A stretch of DNA of 64,000 bases. Source: Botryllus schlosseri (taxonomy: Eukaryota). The stretch spans positions 3,536,001 to 3,600,000 of the forward strand of contig CM119371.1 in NCBI GenBank assembly GCA_051294905.1, given 5' to 3'. This document shows positions 13,096-28,320 of the stretch, piece after piece. A program made the translations under genes and the position numbers. The notes beneath the pieces were generated by a model that saw only the letters and a program-made list of their open reading frames with translations, made no database searches and was not told the origin of the DNA. The stretch's first letter is position 1, and each line of letters begins with the position of its first letter.

Positions 13096-14269
13096 CAGTG
13101 CTTCTCAACCTTTTTGAACATCATCGGCACTTTTTCTGCAAGATAAATTTCATGGCAACCAATCAACCGAAAATTTTTATACAAAATAAAAATGTCGATA
13201 CTTAACAAGATTCTGTTTTTATGTGCAAGAAGTATGCGACTGGTTTAGGCTATTAAATGTCTCATTAAAAATACCACTCTATTCCGTAGTCTTGATTTCA
13301 ACTATAGTGCACTCAACCGTTTTCGGCGAAATAAGTGTTCAGTTTTGTACAAGAACTTCTGGTGCTTGGATATCCAGGTGTTTATAAGAACCATCCCGCA
13401 CTCCTATCCAGGAAACAGCGTCTTTTCCTTGTGCAAAAAAAGAGGTTTCCGACAAAGGTCTCACAACCTCCAGTTCGTCGAATGTCTGCAAAACCCGCAT
13501 GTCTGTTTCAATGCTTCTCTCATATGACTTGGAAAGTAAGCTCCAAAACTAACATGAAGAATAAGCACATATGAGCCGGATACCTTGTGATACGCTGATA
13601 AACAGTGACCTTGGATATATAAAAACAATCTGCAAGAAATTCCACAAATTGTACCTGCATATTATCAGACCACTTAGGTGGTGTGGAGACTCAAAATTAT
13701 ACCATTGCAACCCATACTTTGAGGAGCCGTGACGGGGACAGAATTTGCTTTACAGAAACTTGCAAGTGTGAGTATGTGATGGTGGTGTGTATTACTATCT
13801 TCGTGCCCCGTGATAATCAAACCATTTTTACGAAAATATGATGATTTTCCAGAGAAATAAAGCAGACGGTCATTTTTAAGTCATTAATCCCGCGTGTCGC
13901 AAGCTCAGACTCAGCTGATGTACTGTAGCCTATACATGCCACTACACCCGGTTTTGTACCAGACATTTTAGTAGGCAATAAATACAGCGCACAAATAGTA
14001 ATTCACTACGGCTGGCGTGAGACAAAGTTATTGTAAAAGATACGAATTGGTCAAACACGTTTGTGCATTTACGTTTCAAAGACCAAGGTCATGGAGCCAC
14101 TGCACTCGAATTTCCTATCAGGTTTATTTGAATTATTCCACGCCAGAACAAGTACGGTGACAATTATTCACTGTTTTCATCCGCATTCATCCGCACCACG
14201 TCTCTCATCCGCACTGTAAATTTTTCCATCCGCACAAATGCGTACCATCCCACATGTTGAAAGGCACTG
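13096..14269. mobile_element. Non-autonomous hAT element
   Basis: Termini CAGTGCTTCTCAAC / GTTGAAAGGCACTG. TSD CGCTAGTG / CGCTAGTT (7/8). Confidence 0.75.
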
Positions 14270-15131
14270 CGCTAGTTCATTTAATGGAGAACATCAAACT
14301 TTTGAATCGATTTATAAATTCGTAATGTATTTATCTGCGTCTTGTCATGACAGAGTTCATGCCCTACTTTCGTCTTGGCATACAACACAATTCACAATAA
14401 TGTAATTGCTGGACCAAACTTTTCAAAAGTAACCTACCTTTCAACTACTTGAAGAATATTTATATGTGATTGTGTAACCAAAGAAGACTTATAAACCAAA
14501 TTCGTTACATATTGACTCTTGACTCAGAGATCTGTGAGTATAATGAAGTCTGGAGTCTCGCCCACACCAAAGTTGTTGCTTTTTGAAAATAAATCCAAGA
14601 ATCTGAATCAAGTTAGTGCTTTTTAATAGAGCCACATACAACGAGTGTGATATCAAAAAGGCACTAGCAACTGTCTAATTAAAATAAGCCTCTGATATTT
14701 GCTTTCAAGTTGCACACTTGCCTTGAATACGTTTTAGGTTAATTTTGATTTTTGATGACTGGTCTAGAGTAGGGCAGAACCACAATACTGAAAAGCTTGT
14801 GTTGGATATTGGCCTCATGTACCCGGTCGAACGAGACATTACCTACCGCGATACGAATTCCTCTTGTTCTAAATTTCATGATTTCGGTTCTTCTGTTGAC
14901 TGGGAATCCTTTTCATATCAGTACTGCTCACTGCTTGATACGCTTGAATCTCTTTCGCGTTCAGGATCTTGCCTGAAATGGCAGCCATAGATTTATTGAC
15001 AGACATACTTACGAACTACCATTCTAGTTAGTTGGTGATCATTATTCAGTTAGCTCTAGTTGCAGATTTTGAAAAGCGAGTAGTTCTAGTTCTAGCTCAT
15101 GTTGCGGATTTCATAAGGTTAGTAGTGATAG

Positions 15132-15646
15132 CAGGGTTCTAATGACTCGACTCGAGTCACGATTTTTGGTGAACCGACTGGACTCGAGTATTTTCTACAA
15201 ATGCATAAAATGACTCAAATCGACTCGAGTTATTTTGTGCATTGACTCAACTTGTACCCGATTCATTATACATGACTCGAACCAAGTCATGTGACTCGAG
15301 ACTAGGACGGCCAAGACAGACATTTCATTGTAACTTTACAAAATAGTTATGTTCTCATATTATTGGTATTTCGGCTATCGGTACTGATATTTGTAAAATA
15401 GGGTCAGGAACTGTTAGAATTGAGAAAAATTACGATGTTATGAATGCGGGCAATTCTATATCACTAGAGCACAGTTGAAAAAGTGGGTTGAATCTGATTG
15501 AGATCAAAACTTAACAGTGAACACAATGACATGGACTCGGACTTGACTCGATGTTGTTTTGAAAATGACTCGACTTGACTCGTGTCAAAACTATAAAAGT
15601 GAAATTGACTTGTGACTCGGATTCTTGTGACCTGGTCACAACCCTG
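15132..15646. mobile_element. hAT-type MITE, CAGGGTT/GACTCGAGTC family
   Basis: Termini CAGGGTT / AACCCTG, TSD-like AGTGATAG / AGTTCTAG, dense GACTCGAGTC palindromes. Other copies at 19228-19761, ~26782-27380 and 29030-29599. Confidence 0.75.
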
Positions 15647-18600
15647 AGTTCTAGTTGCACAATTATAAAATAAACAACTAGAAAACACGCGTCTTGCTAT
15701 GAAGTAAATCATTATACCGGTGTTCTGTCGTGATAGGTTCTTGCGGGCATCGTTACTGACAGGGGCATAGCCTGGGTTTGAGGGTCGAAACCCCTGCCAT
15801 TTGACGCTCGAAACCAGTTCCTATTAAAATGCAGTTTCTATCTTATTTGCAATGCAAAGTTTGTATTATAATCAGAGTTAGATGTGTTTTATTTAGATAG
15901 TATGGGATTTCAAAAGGCCATTACGTCTACATGTACTTGTAGTTACGAGTTTTGCAATAGCCGCAATAGTGAATTTAAACTAAACACGGACACATCTACA
16001 TACATTTTTGTCTCGATTCAGCACGTCGACACAGTTTGTCGCTTCTTCCGAGGTCTTGAATTGGACGAGAGCACCATGTCCAGGTCATTTTTCTCCGATT
16101 CAACTCCCGAAATAACCGTCTCTTGTCGATTCGGTCCATATTTCGCAAGACTCGCAGTCTTTTGGGGTATTTTAGACTAAAAAAAGGACAAATTGCCAAA
16201 AAGGTTGAATTTTGGGCGAAGGGAGAACAGTTCTTGAAAAAGGAGGACAAATCCTCCTATATGTGGACGCATAGTAAGAAGTTCATGCTTTCTACTTGAG
16301 AATCCTTGCTGACTACTTTGACCACCTCTGCATACCGTCCACTTTTCCACTTATTGTGACGTCAGGGTGAAAATTTGAGTGCGTCACACATTTATTCCTC
16401 ACCATGTTAGTTATGAAAGCAGGTAACACCCAAGAAACGTGGACTGCAGAATTGTACGAACTACCAATCTAGATAGTTGACAGTAAACTAACTACTGGCT
16501 TTTTTGAGTAGTTCTAGTTGTAGCTGCAAGTTTTGTAAACTGAGCAGTCCTAGTTCTGGTTTCAAGTTTTGAATATCCAGTTGTTCGCACATGTCTGGCG
16601 GACTACTGACTAGCAATACAATGAGACACGTAACAAAATAAGCTCTACCTTGGCATAGAAAATCCGAGAAAGCCTTGGCCAAACTGTCTTCCAAAACATC
16701 GAGACAGATTTAGAACAAATACAGTCCGTACTTTGCGACCATCGTGAGACGTCTTGGAAGCGTATTTCTTCTTGGACTCGACAACTGAAAGCAAGCAAGC
16801 ACTAAAACCAAGCACACATGAGCTTGAAATTGCGTTTACTGATCTCTTACGGGTGTATCTATTTAGCCAATGTCGCCAACTCTACTACTTCTGTAGCAAT
16901 AATGCCGGCAACTATACCGACGTGAGAGACACGGCGCATATTTCCGTTTGTATATTCATATTATATTGAATTGCACAAAATCAGGGCAATTTCATTCTAC
17001 CTGTAAGAATTGGTAAAGCGATATATATAGAGAGAGCAGCCAACCAGATGGAGATAGAAGCCGTCATTGATGCTACACCAGTAGAATAATAAAATATTTC
17101 CTGGCAGAGTCGAGATTGTTATCAAAATTTATGCTTCTCAAGGATAGTTGACGATATTGACTACATATCTACGCCCGCCTCTTAACGGGTCTCCAAATAT
17201 ACACTGTCACTTTTAAACTAGATTTTGTGGTATCGGGTACGTGGACTGTAAGACTAACACCATGATCACAAAGTACAAACAACTAGAAATAACATCACTA
17301 AGCACCTGGAACAGAGGAAATAGATCTTTGAAGAAGTTTTAAATTTTAACACGTGGATATATGAATTTTGCAGAACCGGACTATGATTTAGTCAGGGAAT
17401 TATTTTGACTAATCTCGAATTGGCATGCGACATGCGACTCACTTTTTACTAGATTGGAAAGCAGGACTTGTACTTGAACTAGATTATAAATTTATGACAT
17501 CACTTCTACATTAACAGCAACTCTAACTACTTTGCGCACCCATGCCAGAGTAGCAAGCAGATGGATTTCACATGATATTTTCTCGAAAGCCAGGCGTGAC
17601 TCACTTCATGTGGGGTTAGATTCGTCGCGAAGCGTTTTCGTTGGGGACAGCGTCGTATTGAGGTTGACATCTTTGTAGACAATCGATTCAGGAATCGGTT
17701 GCCCGGATTTTGTCAATGCCTTTTCCTTTTTAACGCAATCTCGATTATTACCAAATACTAGAAAATTTTAAGCTTGCCCAAATTAGATAAACTGACACCT
17801 ACATTGTTTTTCCGAATTATATTACAACTAGAATGACAGTACACTGGTTTTTCAGATTAGATTAAAATCAGAATTAGAATCGTTGAATTCGCAAAAACTT
17901 GTAAACTGATTTAAATTACGGATTAGAAAAAAGTACAACAACAAAAGTAAGTTCATTTTCATAAGCACTAAAATAGCGAATTTCTGTACAGCAAGCACGG
18001 CTCGTCTCGCACTATACAGTTTTCCTATAGCAGTGGTTTTCAACCTTTTTGTTTTCGCAGACCCCTTTTGGACCGTCAGGGACCCCCGCGGATCCCGTAT
18101 AGTTTTCACTCAAAATTAGTTTAAAAAAAATACGCCTAGAAACTGTACTTAATCTGTATTCATGAGCATGAACATTAGTAGTGAAGAGAACGAGTATATC
18201 ATGGTTGTTACTGGTAGTGACAAGAACACACAAATATTAGGATTTGAAAACATTGATTTGTCAAATAATGTAATTCACAATTTACTCACTTTGAACCTTA
18301 TAAGTATGTCTGTCGGAGATTGACGTTTGTAAGACTCTGATCGGTTGAGATTGTCATGCAAATCTTTTGCGAAAGAAATTCTGAGCCACCGGATGAATAG
18401 CCTTTCAATGAGATGTTATGTGTGATGATCTTGTGATTGCAATCAACTGTAATATAATCAGAAGTGGTTACATAAAGTAGAATCAGTAAACCTATATATC
18501 TATATATAGCACAGTACCACCTATATTGATCTATTTCCTATAGTTTACAGGCAGAAATGGTCAAGTTGTCCTCGGAGTTTCTCAGGTAGAAGTAACGTTA

Positions 18601-19227
18601 TACATTTCTACTCGAGTACAATTAGAAGTAGCGATTCACAAGTAAGTTAAATGGTTAATGCTAGGCTTGCCTGGAAAACTGAAAAAGGTTCAAGTATACG
18701 TGCAAGTGGTCGAAAATCATAACCATTCGAGTAATTAGTGCAGGTATGCAAAACGTATTTGGGATTTGAGTACTATGAAAAATTAAAATAGCATGATACT
18801 GATCACCAATGCTAGAAGAGGGCCAGATTCAGTTTTCTAGTTTATTTCAAGTCAAGTCAAATCATAGCAATGGTTGTAGTTGTCTGTGCTCGAAGCGAGA
18901 TGAAATATATTATGAATATCGACTGCTACATCGGCATGATCAGCGAGGGTGGGAGTCATCAGTTTAATCGGCAGATGATGATATATCCGATAACGGTCAG
19001 GCTCTAGTTCAGTGGTTCTCAACCGAGCGTCCGCGATAGCTACAAATTCGCAGAAATGTTTAATGGCCTAATTTGAATTTTTATAAATTAGATAAATAAC
19101 GCGGCAGCATCGCTTCATAACTGCTAACACTTCAGAACCGTATTATTGCCACAAATTCTCAGATTGTAGACTAGGAGTTAGTTTAGTAATCAGACGTGGT
19201 CAGTGACACAGTATTTCTACTTTTGGT

Positions 19228-19761
19228 CAGGGTTGTAACCAAGTTACAAGGTTCCAGGTCAATCTCACTTTTGTAGTTCTGACTCGAGTCATTTTGAATT
19301 CACCACCGATTCAAGTCCGAGTCCATGTCAACAAGCAGAGAATCGAGTCTGAGTCTTGGTATTATGACTCGAGTCCGAGTCCAAGTAATTGCGTCGACTG
19401 CTCACTTTTCCGTTAAAGTCTTGTTTAATCCTTTTTTATAACTGTTTGGTGATATCGAATGGTTCGCATTTATAAGATACTAATCTATTTTCAACTTGTA
19501 ACAGTTTATGGTTTCATTTTAAAGTACGGCTACCAATAGATGAAATACCAATAGTGTGGCTACTTGACTATTTTTCGAAATTACAATGAAATGTCCGCCT
19601 TGGCCGCCTGAGTATCAAGTCATATGGCTTTGACTCGAGTCATTACACAGATTGACTCGAGTCGAGCCATTTCCGTACTTTGAGATAATGACTCGAGTCA
19701 AGTTGAGTCATCAGAAAATCGCGACTCGAGTCGAGCCGTGACTCGAGTCATTACAACCCTG
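19228..19761. mobile_element. hAT-type MITE, CAGGGTT/GACTCGAGTC family (opposite orientation to the 15132 copy)
   Basis: TIR CAGGGTTGTAA / TTACAACCCTG. TSD CTTTTGGT / ATTTTGGT (7/8). Confidence 0.8.
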
Positions 19762-22388
19762 ATTTTGGTAATGCTCAAGTACTGGTAGGCTTGTCTAGTT
19801 ACACTACCTACACAGTTTGTTATGATTTTAGACTGCTTCTACTTGTACTTCACAGTTTCATGTAAAACCAGCCTACTTACTTCTCAACCATGATGATTTG
19901 TCAAGTGGAAGTAGTTTGGGGATGAGCATGCGTGATTTTTCGAACTACATTTGCATGACACGTGGGCGAAATATTCCTGCATCACAAACATAAAATATAT
20001 TTTTGGAAAATTGCACATAAGCCTAATGTCGCATCATTTGTCATGCTACGTCACTCACGGAGATGCACATGCGATTCCGGAAATATCAAACTTCGATTAC
20101 TTGCTAAAAGCATGTAACACGCCCAACAAATTGACTTTTTCGGACTACTTACTCGTTTATTTTTCAGACCCTTCATTTCGTACGTACACTTGACGTAGAC
20201 ATTGAAAATCTATTTGAATTCGAGTACAAAGTTACGGCTATCTTCCACATCAATTTGAGTTTCTTCATTGACTACTTGGATCACGTAGTAACATACCGTA
20301 CAGTTTTCCAGTTGCATGTTCAAACTTGCGGACACTTATTTTTCGCATCAAGTTCAAGGACTGCGTCACGCACATTGCTCACCATGTTAGTGATAAGAAT
20401 AGGCATCAGTCTACACCACACAAGAAGCGCGTACACTAGATTTCTACTGCCAATGTAGATTGTTGACGGTATACTAACTGCAGGCTTGTTATAGTAGGTC
20501 TAGTTTTAGTTCTAGTTGCAGAGATTAAAAAGTGGGTAGTCCTGGTTCTAGATTTTTGGTCTAAAAATCCAGTAGCTCACACAAGACTCGCGGACTGCCG
20601 ACCAGTGATGCAACGAGACACAAGTTACAAAATAAGCTCCACCTTGGCATCGTAAATCTGACCATGCACCGAAAAAGCCTCGGCCAAAACGTTTTCCAAA
20701 AATTGACAGATTTCGAACGAACAATCCAGCCGTCCTTTGTGAACATCGTTAGACGTCTTGGGATCGCGTTTCGTCTTGGACTTAATAACTAAAAGCAAAC
20801 AAGAACTAAGACCAAGCACACACAGCATGCGTTCGAAATGCCGTTTTGCTGATCTCTTAAGGGTGTAGCTATTTTGCTAATGTCGCCAATTACGGTATAC
20901 TGCTTGAGTAGCAATATCTCGTGAACTATACAGAAGTGAGAGAAAAGGCGCTCATTTTCGTTGGTATATTCCTATAACGCTGAATTGCATAAATTCTCCA
21001 TGCTATCTTGAACAATGGGTATAATAATTGTGAGCGACATATAGAGTAAAACAACAAGATGGATAAAAAGAGCTGTTTAAAAACAATTTTTTCGTTCAAA
21101 TTTCACGGGCTACGTGATAAAATAATTATGTTGGCTAAAACAACGCGGCACACCCAATTTCGCTCAATTCCAACCAGTAGAAGCAAGACTCTTGCAATTG
21201 AAAGTTTTGAATTTAACATATAAAAAATAAAATTTCAAATTATTTCGGCCGACCCCATAAAATTGTTACGCTGTCAGTAAAGATGATACACACCGAATTT
21301 GGCTCAATTCCAACCAGTAAAAGCGAAGTCATTGCGGTAGAGAAATTTGGGTTTGAATAAATTAGTATTTACGGTGGCTAACTCTGGAATTATTATTTAT
21401 TATAAAATCATGGAATCAGATATTTTGCTACTGCAATAAGTTTGCTTCTAGTGGTTGGAATCGACCCAAATTTGGTGTGTCATCTCTCTTGACAACCTAA
21501 CAATTTATGGGGCAGACAGAAATTTATTTTTTATATGTATTCTAAATTTTCTACTGCAAGAATCTCGCTTCAACTGGTTGGAATTGAGTCAAATTTTGTT
21601 GTAACAAGTCTTGTAATTGCTTAAAAATGAACAGAAATACTTCTACTTCAATCGCCAGATAGTGTAAAGCTACAGTCCAACATAAAAGACTCGATTCAAG
21701 TCACTTTGTCTATTCACTCCAATCGAGTGATTGTCAAATTTGAAGATAATGAGCGTGGGTCATTTAATGAATTGCTAACGGGCCGTTTCGTGAATTTATT
21801 GAAAAGTCTGAGAACCACTTGGTTACAAAATCATAATTGTAAGGCACCTACAATGTCGCTGCCAATTTCAATTGTGTCTTGCAAAGTATGTCGTGATATT
21901 AAACTCACCTTGTACTACAATTGAAAATGTCGTTGCTTCAAAGTTGCGCAAATTGCTTGAATCTGATTGATAAAAAGACTCTTGTCTGTAATGACAAAGA
22001 AAAGAGACGTCGATTCAAAATCGACTCAAATTCAAACTCAACAGTTAACCAATGTGTTGAGAATTTTTTTTACATACAGAAGTAATCATATCGGCAGTGA
22101 TGTCACAGAATGAAAAACTCTCATATCCGAGATCATTGATTTAGGGATAAAACAAAATATGAACTTACCCATATGGTGCCTTTCAGTCTTTCAGACATTG
22201 ATGTTCGTCAGATTACATCTGATCGGTTGCGATTGCCGTACGGATGTCTTTATGATCCAACTGGTGAGCATCGGAGGAACAGGACTTAAAATGAATGTCC
22301 TGTGATGATCTTCCATGAGCAAGGTCTCTATGAGAAGAGGGAAGATATGAAAATTTCACAACGTCATTACAATTCCCATACACATGAT

Positions 22389-23670
22389 TAGGGTTAGTTC
22401 GGATATCAATAATTTTCACTATCCGGATAACGGATATATCCGGATATTTTGGAATTTATCTAACCGGTTAACCGGATAATACCTGCTAAGTGAGACAATC
22501 GATTTCATTACGTCTGCATGTAAAACGGATCGCAAAATCATTACACAAAGTTATTGTAGAGTACCTACCTACGGGCGCAGTATGAGCGAATACGAGAAAA
22601 ACCACGCAAATTTAATGTTCACGGCTTCTGCAATGCCCTCTTTATAAAGCACAGATGCATCAATTGTGGGATCCTGTAGCCGGGACCGGAATTTTGTAAC
22701 AAAGAGTCCACGTTAACTGAATGCTTTTTCAGCTTCCACAGAAGAGGGCTGAATAGAAAGCAGCGCTTCGTAGAGAGTCATAAGGTTGGCAGGTCGTACG
22801 CCGGAACCTTCAACGGCTTTACATCCTTTTGACCATCCTTATGTTTAGGTTTGGTGTACTAGAAGGACGACTAGCTGATACTGGAATTGATGCCGACATG
22901 ATACCTCGCTCTAATTCACGTGATCAGGCACGCAGCCAGCCGAAAATGTAGGGGGATTGAAATAAAATCAGGGGGTTTCGATTTTTTTTTCGAATTAATC
23001 ATCAGCGGAAATCAATTACGCTAGCACGCACGCAGATTTTTGTGAACATTCGATGTCATTCAGTTTCGCGGTGTCACTCTCAGAATCACCAATTAGAATA
23101 CACTTAACGGCATATCGTCAACAAGCCATCGAGAGATAGGAGCCAATGCATGCTGGGTCCGAGATGGTTAGGCCAGCGATTATATCGTTCGTAGGCCTAT
23201 TGCAGATGCGATTGTGTAGGTCAACGATAATATCGTGAGCACCAAGCCAATGACGGTGCGATTGTGCAGGCCAGCGATGGAATAGTGTGTACACTGCACA
23301 TGGCCTATTGCAGATGCGATTCTTCAATCCAGTGGAACTATCGGCTTGTTGAAGACGCGATAAATCAGGCCAGAGACGATAGCCGAGCGCGCGGCAATCA
23401 ATGACCTAATTTAACGATCTTCTCAGCAGGAAATCGGGTCACATTACATTGTGCAATGTGTACAGACGCAACTCGCTAATTGGCAACACGCTTCTCGTTA
23501 ATCGGCCGCGCCAACACTGAATACGACTTATTGAAGCTTACTAAAGCGTGTAAAATGCATTAGCAACGATTCATTTTTATCCGGTTAACCGGCAGAAAAA
23601 TATCCGGATATCAGATAGTGAAAATACCTGCGGTTAACCGGTTAACCGTTATCCGGATAATCCAACCCTA
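22389..23670 (-). mobile_element. hAT element with C-terminal dimerization (hATC) relic
   Basis: TIR TAGGGTT / AACCCTA with CCGGATA and CCGGTTAACCGG subterminal repeats. Perfect TSD CACATGAT at 22381-22388 and 23671-23678. Minus strand ~22650-22800 reads LYEALLSIQPSSVEAEKAFS*RGLFVTKFRSRLQDPTID. Confidence 0.88.
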
Positions 23671-25029
23671 CACATGATGTAGGTTAACATGCAAAAGGTA
23701 TGACATATCTGCATATTGGAGGGTGTGCGATCTGACTTCCTACTGACCATGGTAGCGTACATTAGCACAGTGTATTCGAAGATTCAAAACACCATGAACA
23801 GCATACATACAACACACAATTTAATGACATATAGTAATTTCATATATAGAATGTTACTTAGAAGTATCCACTGAGAGAACAGACTAACGGAATATGTGAC
23901 TTTTTCATTAAGGAAGACACTGATTCTTCATTTGTATGACGAACTTACACTCATTGAGAACCATGAGATGCAGTTCCTCCATTTTTTCAAGATGCATTCC
24001 AAGTTGAAGTTTTTCTTGACAGTTAAAGAGAGACATCTGAAAATAGTAGGTGCATTAAAGATGAATAGCTCTTTGCTGCTCTTATATAAATGTGCTCCGA
24101 TTAAGAGGAGAACTGACTGCTTTCACATAGCTATGTAATGCCTTATTAATACCGATTTGAAGTGAAGAGAAATGATTCGCATAATTGGAATTTTTGGTCA
24201 ACTTGACTTGAGTCGAGCAATTTTCTTGAAAAATGGAAAATGACTCGAGTCAGTGTGGTGTCAACTTGTAGGCCTACTACAGTCATTGCGCAAGTCTCAA
24301 TGAAGTCATATGACATGACTCAAACATTATATACAACTTGATTGAAGTCTCGTGTATCAGGATCAATACTTGACTCTGCGACTCGAGTCAAGTCATGACT
24401 CGATTTATTACAAGCCTGAATGTAGCCACGGTATTGTCATAAAAGGATATTGTTACGAAAATCTTGTCTATCCGCGTTTTTGTTGCTCATTATCAGTTAC
24501 TCAAAAAGATGATTCTTGCCATTTTGAAAGCTAGTACTGGGAAATTATTACCAAAAGCCTGCGTCTCATTCAGACAATCTATTTGGTAAAACAACTTATA
24601 CTCAAGTACTCATCAGAACTTCTGCTTTTGAATATTACTTCAAGGAGTTGTAACAAGTCTCAAATCGCTCATAATTGATGAGAAGTTAAGGGGTCGACTT
24701 CAGACTTCCTACCAAGTGTCGGAGATTTATCTAGGCTCCCCCTTGTCATATCATCTGTGTAAGCAGTGTCTTATAAAAGCCCAGACACGGGCCGTGCTAC
24801 AAGTCGGCAGCGAAAGGATAGAAATGAAGAAAATTGGCCTGGCTTTATTGGCCATGGTAGTCAACAAACACCATGAACACCACAAACAACAACAGAAATA
24901 CTTCTACTTCAACCACAAGATAGTGCAAGGCTAGAGCTAGAGCTAGAAACTGCGTTTACCTGTAGTCATACACATGTTAGGAGTGAAAAGAATGAGTATA
25001 TCATGGTTTTTACTGGTGCTGCCAACAAC

Positions 25030-25596
25030 CAGTGTTGGGATGACTCGAGTCACTTTTCTCGTATGACTTGACGTGACTTGGCGCGTCAGAAATGTGGTTT
25101 GACTCGTGACTCGGAGAAAAGGGTTCGAGTCAATTTCAAGTCATCAAGTAACAGTGTCGATAAAAAGGGCTGATCTTGCATAGATTCGAATTGTTCTCGA
25201 TACGCTGGTGTGACATGTAAGAGTGAGCAATCACAATTTTGAATGATAATTTTTGATTGAGGCTATACGGTTATTTGAGTACTTTATCAGTTCTACACAT
25301 GCGTGGGCGATACGAAGCCTTTTTTTACATGCATTTTAAACTAGGTATAGTCGTCCCACGGTTCCAAACTAATGGCAACTTCCAAACAGCTACCGGTATC
25401 AAAATGCGATGATGCAATTATGCTTCGTACTTCAAAAAATCAACTTGAATTGAACTATGACTTGACTCGTGACTTGACTTAACTCGACTTAACTCGAGCC
25501 ACCTTTGAAAATAGGATGACTTGACTCGACTCGAGTCAAATGTCAATGACTTGAAATGACTCGTGACTCGAAGGTGGTGACTTGGTTCAAACACTG
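25030..25596. mobile_element. hAT-type MITE (CAGTGTT family)
   Basis: Termini CAGTGTT / AACACTG. TSD CCAACAAC / CCGACAAC (7/8). The paralogous site near 18215 lacks it. Confidence 0.75.
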
Positions 25597-28320
25597 CCGA
25601 CAACACGCCACTATTCGGATCTGAAATCATGGATTTGCCAAAATAATGTAATTTATAATTTACTCACTTTTCACCTCCTCGTGTGTCAGTTGAACATTTA
25701 TGTTTGTCAGATTCCGACTGCACGGTTGAGATTGTCATGCAAACGTCTTTCACGAAAGAAATTTAGATGTATCGGAGGAACAGCCTCTCAAATGAGATGT
25801 TATGTACGATGATATTCTGATGGCAATCCACTGTAATAAAAGCAAGAGTTGTCCTATAAAGTAGATTCAGTAAATGTAGCCATCTATAGAAAGCACAGCA
25901 GCCGACCATATTCATCTATTTCCTATAGTCACAGGCTGAAATGGTCAGGTTTTCCTCAGTGTTACTCAGGTAGAAGTAACATCATACGTTTCTACTCAAG
26001 TGCAATTTACAAGTAACTTGAAAGACAAATGCCAGTTTTGCCAGAAAAATGAAAACTGTTCAGGTAGAAGTGTAAGTGGTCCTAAATCATAACAACTCGA
26101 GTACCGTACGGTAATTAGTACTAGTATGCAAAACTTATTTGAGATTTGAGTACTTTAAAAAGAATTTAAATGACTTCATTACTGACCACCACTGCTTGCA
26201 GAGGACCTGATTTGGTTTCCTAGTTTATTTCACGTCCAAGCTCAGCAATGGACGTATGTGTTTGAAGCGAGATGAAATATATTTTGAGCACCGGCGGCTA
26301 CATCGGAATGATCAGCAAAGGTTTAGTTATCGGTTTGATGGGTAGTTCATGAGATATCCGGTAATGGTCAGGCTCTAGTTCAACACACAATGGCAGGGGG
26401 CAGACTAGTGCACCATACTCAACCAACCATTGGACCGGGAACTGCTTAATTTTTAAAACAAGCAACCATAACTACTTATTTTCAAAACTAGTAACTAGAA
26501 TTACTCATTTTTCAAAATTCGCTACTAGAAATAGAAATTTAATTACTCAATTTTTAACAATTAGCAACTTGAGTTGGATTTACGCTATTTTTAAAATCCG
26601 TCACTACAACTAGAACTACTTATTTTTCAAAACTAGCAATTAGAAATTGGAACTACTCAAGTTTTCAAAACAAGTAACTAGAAATAGAAGTATAATCACT
26701 CAATTTTTGAAAATTAGCAACTTGAGTTAAAACCGGAACTACGATCTTTTTAAAATCCGTAGCTAGAACTAGGAATGACTACTAGGGTGTAGTGAAAAAT
26801 GGAAAATTTTCAATTTTAAAACGAACACTTGATATGTGGTGCCAAATTAAAAAAAAAATTCTATAATAATTTTGGGCTTGTGCACCCTCTAGTTGTCGAA
26901 ATTGACTAGACTTTACTATAGTCAATCTGTATAATGACTCAGTTTGAAGAACGCGAGTCATTGCGCATGACTCTGACCAAGTGACTCGAGTCTGAAACGG
27001 CCAAGACCAACATACCATTGCAATTTCGAAGAATAGTGAAGTAAATACAGTGATGGTATTTCATCAATTGCTGTTGGTACTTGAAAATGCAATCTGAAAC
27101 TGTTCAAAATGCGAAAATCAGTTTATATGTTTTAAATGTTAACCATTCAATATCGCCAGATTTCGTTATAAAAAGTAGTTTTAACAAGACTAAATCGAAA
27201 CTGAGCAGTCAACGCAATGACTTCGACTTGGACTCGAGTCATAATATCATGACTTGGACTTGACCCTCTGCTCGTTGACTTGGACTCGGAATGACTCGAT
27301 GGTGAATTAAAAATGACTCGACTTGACTCGAGTTGAAACTATAAAAGTAAGATTGACTTGTGACTCGGAGCCTGTATGGTTGTCACTAAAGGATTAAGAA
27401 CTTTAACGTCACAAGATTTGAAAATAATACGTTCTGTTTTGGAATGACTAAGATCAGACTGCAGCTTCAATGACTACATCTACTTACTCAACCTTGTAAA
27501 TTGTGAATGTAACACTCACACTCATACCTACACACAATGCCGAAGCCTGTACAATACATAAACAGAGCACGTCAGCACCACAATACCGACAAGTTTGTGC
27601 TGAATATTGAATATTGGCACTCACGTACCTGGTCATAGGAGGTCGAGACACAAATTACTCTTGTCCTCCTTTTGATTCTTTAGTTTCTTCTGTTGAAGCA
27701 CACTTTATAGCTTTGAATCTCACTCCCGTTCATGATCTTGCCCTGAAACAATACCCAAACACACAGTTACAGCCAGATTTATACATACTACGAATCTAGT
27801 CAGTCGACGGTCATTAACTACTGGTTACCCCGTAGTTCTAGTTCTAGTTACAATTTTTTTAATGCGAGTAGTTCTAGTTGCATTACGGAATAAGTCAGTT
27901 GCAGTGTCACCGTTCTGTGAATCGTGATATCGGTGTTCTATTGTGCGTTGTTCTTGCATCGCTAGCTAAGAGTTATCACTACTAACAGTGGTTAAGCCCG
28001 GTGGTGGGTTTTGATTCACGGAACCCCTTTCATCGCAAGCTCGATATCCTGGCCTTTTGTAATGCCGAATCTATCTCCAATATTTTTTAGGTTGTTTGTG
28101 ATTCAGTAATTCGTATTATCCATTGTTAGTCAGCTCTGTTTTAGTTAGTTGGTTTCAAGTTATCAAAGATAGTTAGTTCTATAAAATATAGTCTAGTTGT
28201 GGTTGCGATTTTGGAAAATGAGTACTGTACAGATTTTGCAAATCCAATAGTTAGTAAAGGTCTTGTTGCAGCGCCGTAACAGTGGATTGAAAGTACCACT
28301 TAGCATGGACGCATATACAT

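Larger units (their letters stand above)
3614..18446 (-). pseudogene. RBM28: RBM28/Nop4-like multi-RRM nucleolar protein pseudogene (near-colinear exon series)
   Basis: Mostly GT-AG-bounded exons in gene order: 18290-18446 (RNP2-like IITHNISL), 17605-17757 (unassigned), 16649-16784 (RTVFVLNLS..LEDSLAKAFS), ~16016-16085 (partial), 14823-14972 (paralog of the KRNLYLGRDGLVRP exon), ~11862-12012 (GTRAAKGLNAIEWKKR..NLPRSV), 8923-9140 ([15 protein letters not shown]...[15 protein letters not shown]), 3614-3902 (REALEIKGQRK...). These match remembered RBM28 motifs RNLYLAREGL, GTKAAEG and HEHALKAL..NNNPEIFGPLKRPIVEF. Several stops and frameshifts. Confidence 0.8.

Noticed and set aside
3614..18446. 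Functional RBM28 gene
   Set aside because: Several exons contain in-frame stops or frameshifts, the ~16016-16085 exon is truncated, and no N-terminal RRM1 exon was identified.
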